Notes under the pieces: model-generated
The model's input: the letters and a program-made list of their open reading frames with translations, nothing else
Told to the model about the DNA's origin: nothing
Databases searched by the model: none
Translations under genes and position numbers: made by a program
DNA from: Azolla caroliniana
Lineage: Eukaryota; Plantae; Polypodiophyta
Reading direction: 5' to 3'
DNA length: 64,000 bases
NCBI GenBank assembly: GCA_043228905.1
Contig: JBHGNT010000014.1
Span: 62,001 to 126,000, forward strand
In this document: piece after piece, positions 63,501-64,000 of the stretch
How positions within the stretch are numbered: position 1 is the stretch's first letter
Layout of the letters: each line of letters opens with the position of its first letter

Positions 63501-64000
63501 GTACTTCCGTGACCGAGCTGCAGTCGGGCTTCATCGCGGAGATGGCTTCTACCTTCGCCGGAGACGGTTTCCGGCCATATGGTCCGCACAGGTGTCCGAC
63601 CACCATGATTTCTGACTGCCCGAAGGCCGACTTCTCCCCGGAGAAGGTGAGTCTCGCATCCTCTAGCCTTTGCAGCACCTTCTCGCAGTCGTCGACGTGC
63701 GTCGCCACGAATCGCCGGCATCCGTCCGGCCCGATCGTCTCGTCCTTTTCTTCCACCGGGCATCCCTTGATCGGGATGTCGTCCAGAAACGGCATGGTAA
63801 TGTCCGGGACACAGTCCCTCAGAACCTTGTTCATCGCATTCACCATGTGGGCCACCGAGTTGGTCCCTCCTTGCGGCAGTGTACACATCCGAACTAGGCC
63901 GAGGGGAGTTCGCATCGTCGTAAGGTCTCTGCTCTCCACGGCCAGCTGGAACTGGTCGTACCCTGAGTATAGATCCCCGACCGAGTAAATTGACCTTCCG
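60589..64000 (-). mobile_element. GC-rich Ty3/gypsy element without a chromodomain; 3' LTR 60589-61387; runs off the window
   Basis: LTR TGTCG...CGACA with PPT at 61388-61399; inserted into the copia-6 RT; gypsy domain order RT-RH-IN. Confidence 0.93.
61459..64000 (-). CDS. Gypsy pol (RT, RNase H, integrase), open to the window edge
   Basis: DLYSGYDQF, LPQGGTNS, FLDD, VDTS, ETDC, ADMLSR, H..GH..CESC, ADRGE, NGKVER and WFGPY; no stops. Confidence 0.93.
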   Translation of the reverse strand, partial: GRSIYSVGDLYSGYDQFQLAVESRDLTTMRTPLGLVRMCTLPQGGTNSVAHMVNAMNKVLRDCVPDITMPFLDDIPIKGCPVEEKDETIGPDGCRRFVATHVDDCEKVLQRLEDARLTFSGEKSAFGQSEIMVVGHLCGPYGRKPSPAKVEAISAMKPDCSSVTEVRRFLGACAFYHIWIPHYAHVAEPLYGLLKKGRRFEWLDKHAESVRKLKEALAAAPALRKAVYGKGTPVFITVDTSPTGIGWVVNQEDEDGNRFPIRFGAKVLSERQRGYAQVKRELWGIVSAVKADKDYLIGTEVIIETDCLPILGMVSGCATPDLAMLRWIAYIKSLDPEIRHISGKDNAMADMLSRARFDDEGGMVSEDEEVGVDFFEAAYITTDGMSTPALNEFDASKYDGEWLQIGGFLKTMTPDASWTKDEANRIRKKAYRFFLRDGHLWKHPKKRDGVPLRVVAMKEEQEELLAAYHDSPWAGHRGTWATFEKLKGKYWWPGLYRDVHRFVSTCESCQMHSIVRHRDGLHPTYPPTIHFKWMVDLVTMPMGVGQMRYLVLAREDLTNQVEGRALQNKTTAAVCRFLVEDVICRYGCVGKIVADRGELDAEEAAELFDRLGVKLSLTTAYNPEANGKVERGHGPIVKALIRACGGQVGNWPRLLPYALWADRTTHSSVTGYMPTELMFGQKPIMPIERTISSWATVDWRDEMSREELLVARIRQLERRPEDVALATEKLRVARTKNKARFDRTHRLRPKKIEEGDWVLVYDSSLDNQHRATRKFARRWFGPYVVRSANDNGTYHLAELDGTRMAIPVAGKRIKAFKKRHDDEPDPALLVGNDERSENEEEPTGEE

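Overview
Repeat-rich land-plant nuclear DNA; a non-seed plant, probably a fern, is inferred from the Tcn1-like chromovirus, the PPR fragment and the Penelope-like element. Two intact host genes were assembled by hand: an 8-exon RabE/Rab8 GTPase (23233-25293, 212 aa, with one U12-type intron) and a 7-exon cytosolic glyoxalase II (28040-44546, 258 aa). The third glyoxalase II intron is 12.9 kb and holds two young copia elements, and the exon-2 acceptor is tandemly amplified. The rest is nested retroelements: six substantial copia elements plus relics, three Ty3/gypsy elements, two RTE-like LINEs, a solo LTR and a MITE. The most unusual region is 12.0-16.2 kb. It contains a Penelope-like RT fragment whose ORF stops right after the thumb domain with no C-terminal GIY-YIG endonuclease, followed by a TATA box and a type I hammerhead ribozyme. 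Next come a 1.4-kb pyrimidine-skewed tract and a direct repeat (852-nt period) carrying two more minimal hammerheads, an arrangement resembling a retrozyme or a PLE pseudo-LTR array. All calls were made by eye without database searches, so coordinates may be off by a few bases.
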